From an uncultured Chitinophagales bacterium (GTDB taxonomy: Bacteria > Bacteroidota > Bacteroidia > Chitinophagales > JADIYW01), in assembly GCA_964653095.1 (NCBI GenBank), contig CAZZEH010000003.1:4651-68650 (forward strand): 64,000 nucleotides of DNA. The letters are read 5' to 3'. The position numbers and the translations under genes were made by a program. Numbering within the stretch: the first letter of the stretch is position 1; each line of letters starts with the position of its first letter. This document shows positions 20,782-29,392 of this stretch, one piece after another. The notes beneath the pieces were generated by a model. The model was not told the DNA's origin. It saw only the letters and a list, made by a program, of their open reading frames with translations, and ran no database searches.

Positions 20782-21438
20782 TCAAATAACATACAAATTA
20801 TCAGCAAACTTTTGACTAACAGTAAAACGATGATTATTGACCTCAATTTCCATTGATCCATCAAATTCCTGACGACTGATAACTTTAATTTTACTGCTCA
20901 AACCTATACCTAATTTCGTAACGTATTGTAAAAATGTTACACTGCCATCTTTTACAGCAACTAATTTACAAGTAGTTCCAATAACAACTTCTGAAAGGGA
21001 CTTGCGCACTATTTTTTTTATCTCACCTCTTGCATTTGGGATAGGGTCTCCGTGTGGGTCAATTTCAGGGAAATCTAAAAATCGCTCCAATTGCTCCACC
21101 AATTTTCGAGACTTTATATGTTCTAATTGCTCCGCAACTTCATGAACTTCATCCCAAGTAAAATTCATTTTCTCATATAAAAATGTTTCCCATAAACGGT
21201 GCTTCCTCACGATTTCAATCGCAATATCTTTTCCTTTTTTAGTTAAAGTAATTTTCCCGTATTTCTCATAAGAAACAAAATCCTTCTCTTTTAGCTTCTT
21301 AAGCATATCATTGACACTTGCAGGTTTCACCTCCAAATAATCCGCCAATTCATTTGTACCGGCTTCTGTTTTACTTTCTGCTTCATAAGTTAAATGAAAC
21401 AACGCCTTTAAATAATTTTCCTCTGTTTGTGATACCAT
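20782..21438 (-). CDS. DtxR/MntR-family metal-dependent transcriptional repressor with C-terminal FeoA/SH3-like domain
   Basis: Winged-helix N-terminus (TEENYLKALFHL), a metal-binding/dimerisation region (HRLWETFL, HEVAEQLEH) and a C-terminal beta domain. Confidence 0.85.
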   Translation of the reverse strand: MVSQTEENYLKALFHLTYEAESKTEAGTNELADYLEVKPASVNDMLKKLKEKDFVSYEKYGKITLTKKGKDIAIEIVRKHRLWETFLYEKMNFTWDEVHEVAEQLEHIKSRKLVEQLERFLDFPEIDPHGDPIPNARGEIKKIVRKSLSEVVIGTTCKLVAVKDGSVTFLQYVTKLGIGLSSKIKVISRQEFDGSMEIEVNNHRFTVSQKFADNLYVI

Positions 21439-21466
21439 AACACAAAGATAAGAAGATTTTCCTAAT

Positions 21467-21474
21467 TATATTTG
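21467..21474 (+). promoter_or_regulatory. Bacteroidota-type -7 box TATATTTG
   Basis: TAnnTTTG 33 nt upstream of the TonB-receptor start. It directly abuts the operator below. Confidence 0.5.
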
Positions 21475-21493
21475 TTAGATTAACCTAACTTAT
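21475..21493 (+). promoter_or_regulatory. DtxR/IdeR-like operator
   Basis: TTAGATTAACCTAACTTAT matches the IdeR/DtxR box TTAGGTTAGCCTAACCTAA at 15 of 19 positions. Its core GTTAGATTAACCTAAC is a 14/16 palindrome. Confidence 0.6.
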
Positions 21494-21506
21494 ATAGCTT
21501 CGTATT

Positions 21507-23984
21507 ATGAACAATTTATTTAGAATAATGAAAAACACAATTTTACTATTTATTTTTTGTTGTACAAATACGCTTATTTATGCTCAACATAAGGTTATTA
21601 CAGGAACGGTTCAAGATGCAGATACAAAAACTCCAGTTGATTTTTGTAATGTATTCCTATCTAAAGGACAAATCGGAACTACTACAGACGAAAACGGAAA
21701 ATTTACTCTCCAAATTTCAGGCACAATAGATAAACCTGTTCTTCTTTTCCGAACGATAGGATATAAACAAGATAGTGTACAAATTTTACCTGATAAAAAT
21801 GATTATCTTATCTTTTTATATTCTGAAAGTATGCTTTTAGAAGAGACTGTTATTACAGGAGTTACAAGAGCCACGCTCATCAAAGAAAATCCAATTTCTA
21901 TTACCGCCATATCATCCAAACAGATAGAAAAGACTACTGAAAGTAATATTATAGATGCTTTGGTAAAAAATGTCCCCGGATTAAATGCAGTAAAAACAGG
22001 GCCGAATATTTCTAAACCATTCATTCACGGCTTAGGTTACAACCGTGTACTCACACTTTATGACGGAATACGGCAGGAAGGTCAACAATATGGTGATGAA
22101 CACGGCTTAGAAGTGGATGATTATAATATTGACAAGGCCGAAGTAATTAAAGGCCCCGCCAGTTTGCTGTACGGAAGTGATGCCATCGCCGGAGTTGTTA
22201 GTTTACTTCCTAAAACACCTCTGATTAATGACGGAAAAATACACGGTAAATATACTTCCGAATATCATACTAATAATAATCTAATTGGAAACGGCATAAA
22301 TCTAAATTATTTCAAAGACAACTTTTTAGCTGCATTGCGTGGTTCTTACAGAATGGCAAAAAACTATAGAAATCCAATTGATGGGCGTGTGTATTTGACC
22401 AATTTTAATGTTAATAATTTCTCAACCTTAGTAGGATACAAATCCACAAATGGCTACACACACCTAAATTTCACTCTTTATGACAATCATCAGGGAATAC
22501 CTGACGGGAGCAGAGATTCTATTTCCCGAAAATTCACAAAACAAATTTTTGACGGTGATGATGATGATCTTACAACAAGGCCAATAGTTTCTGACAAAGA
22601 ATTAAATTCTTATAAAGTACCAGATTTGGCACAACACATTCAACACTACAGACTTTATTTACATAGTTTCTATGAAACAGGAAAGGGAGATATAGACTTA
22701 ATATTAGGCGGACAGCAAAATATCCGTAGAGAATATAATCACCCCATATCACCCAAACAAGCTGGTATGTATATGCGATTAAACACATTAAATTACGGAA
22801 TACGCTATAATGCGCCAAAACTTTCAAATATTGAAACCTCTATTGGTGTCAATGGTATGTTGCAGAACAACAAAAATAAAGATGCCACTGACTTTCCAAT
22901 TCCTGATTACAATTTATACGATGGCGGATTATATTTATACGCTAAATGGAAAAAAGAAAAATGGAGCATTAGCGGTGGTGTACGTTATGATTTGCGGCAC
23001 GTCCAATGGAATGATTTTTATGTAGGAGTAAATTCTAAAACAGGTTTTGAACAACAAACCAATGCTACTGACCCAACAGCCGATTTACAATTTCCCGAAT
23101 ATCGGAAAACTTTTTACGGTGTAAGCGGAAGTATTGGAACAACGTTTAAAGCTTCTCAAAACATCAGCCTAAAAGCTAATATCGGAAGAGCCTATCGCTC
23201 ACCCAATATCACCGAGATTGGCAGTAACGGCCTTGACCCCGGAGCACATATCATCTATTTGGGCAACAGAAATTTTAAACCCGAGTTTTCATTACAAGAA
23301 GACTTAGGTATCAGTATCAAGTACAAAGATATTTCAGCAGAAGCAAGTCTCTTTAATAACAACATTCAAAATTATATCTATATGGAGACCGTTGCAAATG
23401 CACAAGGCAATCCAATTTTGGACGCACAGGGCAATAGAACTTACCAATATCAACAATCTGAGGCTCATTTGTTTGGTTATGAAATATGGTTTGCCATTCA
23501 TCCTGAAAAAATAAAAGGATTCCGGTGGGACAATAGCTTAAGTGTTGTTTATGGTACAAATAAAAATCCTGATTTTAAGGATAAAGGTATTGAAGGTGAA
23601 TATTTGCCGTTAATACCACCGTTAAAACTAATGAGCGGAATAGAGTATGAAATAAAACCTAAAAAAGGGAAACTTATTTCATTAACACCCAGATTTGATA
23701 TGGAATTTAACAATGTACAAAATCGTTATTTGGGATTGAGTGGAACAGAAAATTTTACTTCAAGTTATACCCTTTTCAACGTAGGATTAAGTGCTGAAAT
23801 TAAATATAATAAAACAAACGCTGTTCAAATCATTCTGCAAACAAGCAATCTGTTTGATAAAGCTTACCAGTCTCATTTAAACCGTTTAAAGTATTTTGAA
23901 TATTACCGCATCTCACCAAACGAACACTATGGGATATACAATATGGGGCGAAATATCAGCCTGAAAATAATAATACCATTTTAA
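21507..23984 (+). CDS. TonB-dependent receptor (N-terminal carboxypeptidase-regulatory-like domain)
   Basis: Signal peptide, ITGTVQDADTKTPV CarbopepD_reg-like start, plug motifs and a C-terminal beta-barrel ending in F. Confidence 0.85.
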   Translation: MNNLFRIMKNTILLFIFCCTNTLIYAQHKVITGTVQDADTKTPVDFCNVFLSKGQIGTTTDENGKFTLQISGTIDKPVLLFRTIGYKQDSVQILPDKNDYLIFLYSESMLLEETVITGVTRATLIKENPISITAISSKQIEKTTESNIIDALVKNVPGLNAVKTGPNISKPFIHGLGYNRVLTLYDGIRQEGQQYGDEHGLEVDDYNIDKAEVIKGPASLLYGSDAIAGVVSLLPKTPLINDGKIHGKYTSEYHTNNNLIGNGINLNYFKDNFLAALRGSYRMAKNYRNPIDGRVYLTNFNVNNFSTLVGYKSTNGYTHLNFTLYDNHQGIPDGSRDSISRKFTKQIFDGDDDDLTTRPIVSDKELNSYKVPDLAQHIQHYRLYLHSFYETGKGDIDLILGGQQNIRREYNHPISPKQAGMYMRLNTLNYGIRYNAPKLSNIETSIGVNGMLQNNKNKDATDFPIPDYNLYDGGLYLYAKWKKEKWSISGGVRYDLRHVQWNDFYVGVNSKTGFEQQTNATDPTADLQFPEYRKTFYGVSGSIGTTFKASQNISLKANIGRAYRSPNITEIGSNGLDPGAHIIYLGNRNFKPEFSLQEDLGISIKYKDISAEASLFNNNIQNYIYMETVANAQGNPILDAQGNRTYQYQQSEAHLFGYEIWFAIHPEKIKGFRWDNSLSVVYGTNKNPDFKDKGIEGEYLPLIPPLKLMSGIEYEIKPKKGKLISLTPRFDMEFNNVQNRYLGLSGTENFTSSYTLFNVGLSAEIKYNKTNAVQIILQTSNLFDKAYQSHLNRLKYFEYYRISPNEHYGIYNMGRNISLKIIIPF

Positions 23985-24219
23985 AGAAAACAATTGGAGA
24001 AGCTGATTATACCGTTTGGGCAAACAATATAGACTAATTTCGATTTTATCTCATTGTTCTATTTGTTTGTAACCCCGGCATAATACCAAAATAAGGTTTC
24101 GCTCTATTGGTCTATTTTGAATTTCAAATTAGTATTAATCGCTATCGGCAACCCATACTAAACAGTTCCAGTCTCAAAATTTCAATTTGTAATGATGAAA
24201 AATTTGTCAGTTGAAAATA

Positions 24220-24627
24220 ATGTATTACTATTGTAAATTAGATTTATTCCAAACTATCAATTTGAGGAAAAAAGGACATATAAACTTTTTAGGATTTGCC
24301 CTGCTTGTGGTGTACACTTTCACTATGATACCTTCAATGGTATCACATCATCACCATGAAAAAGAAGTTATAGCCTTTTCTGAAGCCGACTCATGTGAAA
24401 AAGCGATTTACTATGGAATACACGATAATCACAAAGAACACTTTAGTAAACCATTTGAAGAATGTTGGTTTTGTGATTATCATACCATGCCCCTGCAAAT
24501 ACTTGTAGAAAACGAATTCGAGCTTCCTAATTTTGAGTTCTTCACTGAATTCCCAACTTATTATAAGAGTTTCCATTCTATCGAACTAACTGGAAGTTCT
24601 AATAAAGACCCTCCTTTTTTCATTTAA
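24220..24627 (+). CDS. small single-TM His/Cys-rich protein (paralog of 27130..27429)
   Basis: TM helix followed by SHHHHEKE, then ECWFCDYH, with a C-terminal KDPPFF. I prefer the ATG at 24220 over the TTG at 24211. Confidence 0.45.
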   Translation: MYYYCKLDLFQTINLRKKGHINFLGFALLVVYTFTMIPSMVSHHHHEKEVIAFSEADSCEKAIYYGIHDNHKEHFSKPFEECWFCDYHTMPLQILVENEFELPNFEFFTEFPTYYKSFHSIELTGSSNKDPPFFI

Positions 24628-24700
24628 ACGTTTCTGAACACACACAAAAGTGCGTTCCTTTTAATCCTTTGATAATCAGCAGTCTTAGGGTATTGTTTTA

Positions 24701-27130
24701 TTGAAAAAAAAATCCATTTTGATTAAGAAAATTATAGTAGCAATTCTACTAATGACTTTCTTTCATCTGTATAGCTTCAGTCAAGGTATTGAACTAAACG
24801 GTACAATAATAAATGAAAAGGCCAAGCCATTAGAAGACATTGTGGTAACCATAAAAAATACAAATAGATTCTTCTTTACAGATAGTGAGGGAAGGTTCAC
24901 TATTGACAGTATTCCAAAGGGGAAACATACACTAATAGTGAATCTATATAGCAAGGATGCTGTTTCTATTGAACTCGTATTGGACAAAGACACCATCTTG
25001 CCTAATCCGATAATTGTTAAGGAAAAAATAGTGGAATTAGATGAAGTTGTAATCGTTGCCAAACAATCCATAGGTATTCCAATTGAAAGTTTATCAACGC
25101 TTGAAATCAGTGCATCTGATATCAGAAATGAAGTTGGGGGAAGTTTAATGCAAACGCTTGAAAATAACCCGGGTATTAAAAGTGTGGGGATTGGCTCGTC
25201 TAATTCTAAGCCCTTGATTAGAGGACTGGGATTTAATCAAGTAGCCGTTGTAGAAAACGGAATCAAGCATGAAGGACAGGAATGGGGAGCCGACCATGGA
25301 CTGGAAATCGACCAATATTCTATTCATCAATTAGAAATTATAAAAGGTCCTTCTTCGTTCTTATATGGCTCTAACGCTTTAGGAGGCGTCATTAATGTAA
25401 AATCTAACACCGCACCTGCTAAACACACTTTTGGAGGAAATTTAGATATAGTAGGAAAAAGTAACAATCTTCATTTTGGTGGTTCGCTTAACCTCTTTGG
25501 TAGAAAGGATAAATGGTTTTTCAATTTCCGCTCGACATATATGGATTATGCGGATTACAGAGTTCCTACTGATACGGTTTATATTTATAGCTATGCGGTT
25601 AATTTAGATAAGCATTTTGTCCGTAACACGGCCGGTAAAGAATGGAACAATAGTCTCCATTTTGGGTACATTCACAACAAAATAAAAAGCACTTTTTCTA
25701 TAAGTAATAATTTCTCAAAAAGTGGATTTTTTGCTAATGCACATGGCATTACTCCTATAAATATTGACAAAACCATTTATGACGCTTCCAATAGAGATAT
25801 TCTGCTCCCTTATCAAAAAGTCAATCATCTTAAAATTAGCAACCAAACGAATGTTTATTTAGACAAACACCAGCTTGTTTTTGAAGCAGGAATTCAAAAT
25901 AATTTCAGAACAGAATACAGTAAATACGTGGCACACGGTTATATGCCTGCTGTTTTCCCCGATGACTTAAATTTCTCTTCCGATTTAGAACGGGAATACA
26001 ATAAAAGTACAATTAGTTTAACTGCTACCGACAAACTGATTTTCAAAAAACATCAATTGAGTTATGGGATTAATTCCGGTTATGAAAATAATAAAATTGG
26101 AGGTTGGGGATTTTTAATTCCAAACTACATCACCTATAATTTAGGAGCTTTTGTTTTTGATAAATTTTCAATCAACGAGTATTTAAAACTCCTTGGGGCA
26201 TTGCGATATGATTTCGGACACATCCAGGTTGAATCCTACTATGATTGGTTTGAAAGTGATGTAACCAAACATGGAAACACCTATAAAGAGAAACTACAAA
26301 AAGCTGAAGAGTTTTCGAGAAATTTCAACAATTTGAGTTGGTCAATCGGCATGAGCTATGCTAAGAATGATTGGGAATTTAGCATCAATATAGGTAAAAG
26401 TTTCAGAATACCTATTGCAAAAGAATTAGCGGCCAATGGTGTAAACTATCATTATTTCAGGTACGAAAAGGGGAATAATCAGCTTTCTCCCGAGCAATCC
26501 TATCAACTTGATTTGGGCATTCATGTTAAAAAACAAAAGTGGGATATTGGTCTTACTCCTTTTGTGAATTATTTCTCCAATTATATCTTTTTGAATCCGA
26601 CTTCCGATTATGATACTTATTATGGTGCAGGAAACCAAATATTTGAATATACACAAGCAAAAGTTTTCAGAACAGGATTTGAATTACAGGGAGAATATAG
26701 GCCCATTCAACAATTACGTTTCCAAACAGGACTGGAATATTTATACAGCATTCAATTATCGGGAACTAAGAAATATTATCCGTTACCTTTTTCGCCTCCG
26801 GCTTCGAGCATTATATCCGTTTCGTATGAACCCCAATTATGGGAAAAACGTCTAAAAAACACATTCTTTAAAATTAATTGGAGAATTGTGACTGCTCAAA
26901 ACAGGATTGTTCCGCCTGAAAAGATAACTCCTACTTATAATGTTTGGGGAATCGCGGTAGGTACTTCGATCAAGATGAAGAAAAACGCAATGGATTTTAG
27001 TTTAAATGTATATAATTTATTGAATCAGGAATATTTGAATCATACTAGTTTTTACCGCTTAATAGAATTGCCCGAACAGGGGAGAAACATTGTTTTATCC
27101 ATTAAAATACCCTTTGATTTTAAGAAGTAA
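24701..27130 (+). CDS. TonB-dependent receptor (second copy)
   Basis: Same architecture as 21507..23984. TTG start. Confidence 0.85.
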   Translation: MKKKSILIKKIIVAILLMTFFHLYSFSQGIELNGTIINEKAKPLEDIVVTIKNTNRFFFTDSEGRFTIDSIPKGKHTLIVNLYSKDAVSIELVLDKDTILPNPIIVKEKIVELDEVVIVAKQSIGIPIESLSTLEISASDIRNEVGGSLMQTLENNPGIKSVGIGSSNSKPLIRGLGFNQVAVVENGIKHEGQEWGADHGLEIDQYSIHQLEIIKGPSSFLYGSNALGGVINVKSNTAPAKHTFGGNLDIVGKSNNLHFGGSLNLFGRKDKWFFNFRSTYMDYADYRVPTDTVYIYSYAVNLDKHFVRNTAGKEWNNSLHFGYIHNKIKSTFSISNNFSKSGFFANAHGITPINIDKTIYDASNRDILLPYQKVNHLKISNQTNVYLDKHQLVFEAGIQNNFRTEYSKYVAHGYMPAVFPDDLNFSSDLEREYNKSTISLTATDKLIFKKHQLSYGINSGYENNKIGGWGFLIPNYITYNLGAFVFDKFSINEYLKLLGALRYDFGHIQVESYYDWFESDVTKHGNTYKEKLQKAEEFSRNFNNLSWSIGMSYAKNDWEFSINIGKSFRIPIAKELAANGVNYHYFRYEKGNNQLSPEQSYQLDLGIHVKKQKWDIGLTPFVNYFSNYIFLNPTSDYDTYYGAGNQIFEYTQAKVFRTGFELQGEYRPIQQLRFQTGLEYLYSIQLSGTKKYYPLPFSPPASSIISVSYEPQLWEKRLKNTFFKINWRIVTAQNRIVPPEKITPTYNVWGIAVGTSIKMKKNAMDFSLNVYNLLNQEYLNHTSFYRLIELPEQGRNIVLSIKIPFDFKK

Positions 27131-27429
27131 TGCACAAGGATAAAGACATATTCCACAAAAGTGTTTCCCTATTTTTTATAGGGGTTATGCTACTCATATC
27201 CTTTCACAACTTAATAGAACATCATGGCGACTTATCAAATAGTCAAAATCACCATTGTGTTTTGTGTCATCAAGTCATGATGGAGCCTTCTCCCTCTATT
27301 TCAATTACTAAGCCTAACATTGTCTTACCGTCGAAAGTCATTACAGTAATTAGAGTTTTTTTCAATAAAGGAACTCATTTAAAGCATTTATTTGTGAGAG
27401 GTCCCCCACTATTTCTATCCTTCAAATAA
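27130..27429 (+). CDS. small single-TM His/Cys-rich protein
   Basis: TM helix, then EHHGDLSNSQNHHCVLCHQ, with a C-terminal RGPP. Its start overlaps the receptor stop (TAATG). Confidence 0.45.
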   Translation: MHKDKDIFHKSVSLFFIGVMLLISFHNLIEHHGDLSNSQNHHCVLCHQVMMEPSPSISITKPNIVLPSKVITVIRVFFNKGTHLKHLFVRGPPLFLSFK

Positions 27430-27473
27430 CTCAACCAATCACAATTAAATAAAAAAAACAAAATAATATTACA

Positions 27474-28181
27474 ATGAAAAATATAGTAAAAATTTTTATG
27501 ATTACAGCAGTATTGGCCATGTCCATAACCAGCTGTAAAAAAGATAAAGCAGAACCGAATGCTCCAACTATCAGTAATGCCGAATTCGGTCATGACAATA
27601 ATAAGACTGCTTACGTCGGAGCTGATTTACATATTGAAGCCAAAATTTCCGCACCGGGAAAGATCGACAACATCAAGGTTGAACTACACCCAGAAAATGG
27701 AAGCGGTTGGGAATATAGCGAAGTATTTAAAACCGATTTTGAAGGTTTATTAAACGCTACATTCCATAAACATATCCAAATTTCGGAGGACGCTCAACCA
27801 GGAGAGTATCATCTTCATTTTACAGTTACCGATAAAAATGGTCAGCAAACATCTGAAGAAGCACATATTCAAATTATTGATGATCCAAGTTTACCGTCTG
27901 TTTCTAATTACACCGTTCATGTGGAAGATGGTGGTAATACTTTACATGTGGAAGCCCACATAACAGCACCGAATAAAATTGCTGAAGTGGAAGTGGAAAT
28001 TCACGGACCATGGGAAGATGAATTTGAATATGACGATACAGCAATGGTCGGACAAACCTCGTATCATTTCTCAAAGCATATAGACATTTCCAATGCACCT
28101 TCTGGACATTACCATGTGCATTTAGGAGTAACTGATCAAGATGGGAAGAATATAGAGTTTGAAGAGCATTTTAATAAGTAA
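27474..28181 (+). CDS. lipoprotein with two tandem DUF4625-like Ig-type domains
   Basis: Lipobox SITSC. The internal duplication is marked by PGEYHLHFTVTDKNGQ and SGHYHVHLGVTDQDGK. Confidence 0.6.
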   Translation: MKNIVKIFMITAVLAMSITSCKKDKAEPNAPTISNAEFGHDNNKTAYVGADLHIEAKISAPGKIDNIKVELHPENGSGWEYSEVFKTDFEGLLNATFHKHIQISEDAQPGEYHLHFTVTDKNGQQTSEEAHIQIIDDPSLPSVSNYTVHVEDGGNTLHVEAHITAPNKIAEVEVEIHGPWEDEFEYDDTAMVGQTSYHFSKHIDISNAPSGHYHVHLGVTDQDGKNIEFEEHFNK

Positions 28182-28236
28182 ACTACAATCATTAACGGGA
28201 TATCGAGTTTCGGTGTCCCGTTACTTTAAATTTAAA

Positions 28237-28698
28237 ATGATGAAAAAAGTAAGTATTATACTCTTATTCATAACCTTTTTCATAGGTTGTAAGAAAGAAG
28301 AAATCGACAACACTCCACCTGAAATTGACTCAAATTTTAATTCGTTTCCTATTCAATGTAGTGAAATAAAAAGGGGAGAAATGTTTACCTTTAAAGCAAG
28401 ATTTACCGATGATATAGAATTAGGCTCTTTCGGTATTGATATTCATCATAATTTTGACCATCACAATCATAGTACAGAGGCTGGGAAATGTGATTTAGGA
28501 ACTATAAAAACACCTGTGAATCCTTTTGTTCTATTGAAAAATTATGAAATACCAACAAGGCTAAAATCGTATGAGGCAAGTGTATCAGTAGAAGTTCCAA
28601 ATGATATTGACACAGGTGATTATCATTTTATGATTAAAGTTACAGATAAGGCAGGATGGCAAGCGTTAAAAGGTTTGAGTGTGAAAATTATTCCGTGA
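28237..28698 (+). CDS. lipoprotein with one DUF4625-like domain
   Basis: The internal start MMKKVSIILLFITFFIGC gives a lipoprotein signal. TGDYHFMIKVTDKAGW and a His-rich HHNFDHHNH stretch are present. Confidence 0.6.
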   Translation: MMKKVSIILLFITFFIGCKKEEIDNTPPEIDSNFNSFPIQCSEIKRGEMFTFKARFTDDIELGSFGIDIHHNFDHHNHSTEAGKCDLGTIKTPVNPFVLLKNYEIPTRLKSYEASVSVEVPNDIDTGDYHFMIKVTDKAGWQALKGLSVKIIP

Positions 28699-28965
28699 CT
28701 TTAGAACATCAAATAAATATGAGATGCCGACAGTCAGCAGTTTGCCGAAAGGACGGGTAAGGTACTTCGTCTATGGTTATCGAAAGGACGCTTTCGGTAA
28801 ATTGAGAGTTGCTCTTCGATTGACTTCGATAGCTCCAAAATCTGTTCTTTTGCAAGGTAGCCAAACATTAGCGGCAACCTTATTATCTTACTTTCCTGAT
28901 TCCTTTTCAAGCTATTTACGATAATAAAATATTTTACTATATCTGTCTATTTATAAGTAGATAGA

Positions 28966-29392
28966 ATAAGTACAAAAGAACAAATCATTGATATTTCAAA
29001 TAATCCTTGGTTGACAGAGGTCTTAATGCTTTCAGTTACAAACATATTTCGGAAGAAATTAACATTAAAATCTCTTCCATACATTATCACTTCCCGACAA
29101 AAGCGATTTAGCAGTTGCCATTATCCGTAAGCATCGCGAAGAATTAGAATATAATCGGGCAATCTAACGAAAAAACACCGCTAGAAAAAGTCGGTAAACT
29201 GCTCAAATACTACAAAACATTAGTAACAGAGCAGAAAGTGTGTATCGTCAGTGCCTTTACATCGGATATTAACACACTAGACGAATCCGTAGGGCAGGAA
29301 CTGTTATATTTCGGTAATACCGTAGTAAATTGGATTACAACCATATTGGAAGAAGGGCAGAAAAAATCCGTAGCAAGTTCACCTCCGTCAAG
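28966..29392 (+). pseudogene. decayed, 3'-truncated TetR-family regulator gene
   Basis: Pieces of a TetR protein are spread over three frames: STKEQIIDISNN / LVDRGLNAFSYKHISEEINIKISSIHYHFPTK / SDLAVAIIRKHREELEY / EKVGKLLKYYKTLVTEQKVCIVSAFTSD..ILEEGQKK. ATA sits where the start codon should be. At least three frame changes are needed, one of them in an A-run. The reading frame runs straight into CRISPR repeat 1. Confidence 0.55.

Noticed and set aside
28159-28236. Upstream extension of the second DUF4625 gene, overlapping the previous gene
   Set aside because: The internal MMKKVS... start gives a proper lipoprotein signal, and the extension overlaps the preceding stop region.
28724-28924. 66-aa plus-strand ORF, and a 44-aa minus-strand ORF, between the DUF4625 gene and the TetR pseudogene
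   Set aside because: Neither shows recognisable motifs or a promoter context. The stretch is probably non-coding or a remnant.
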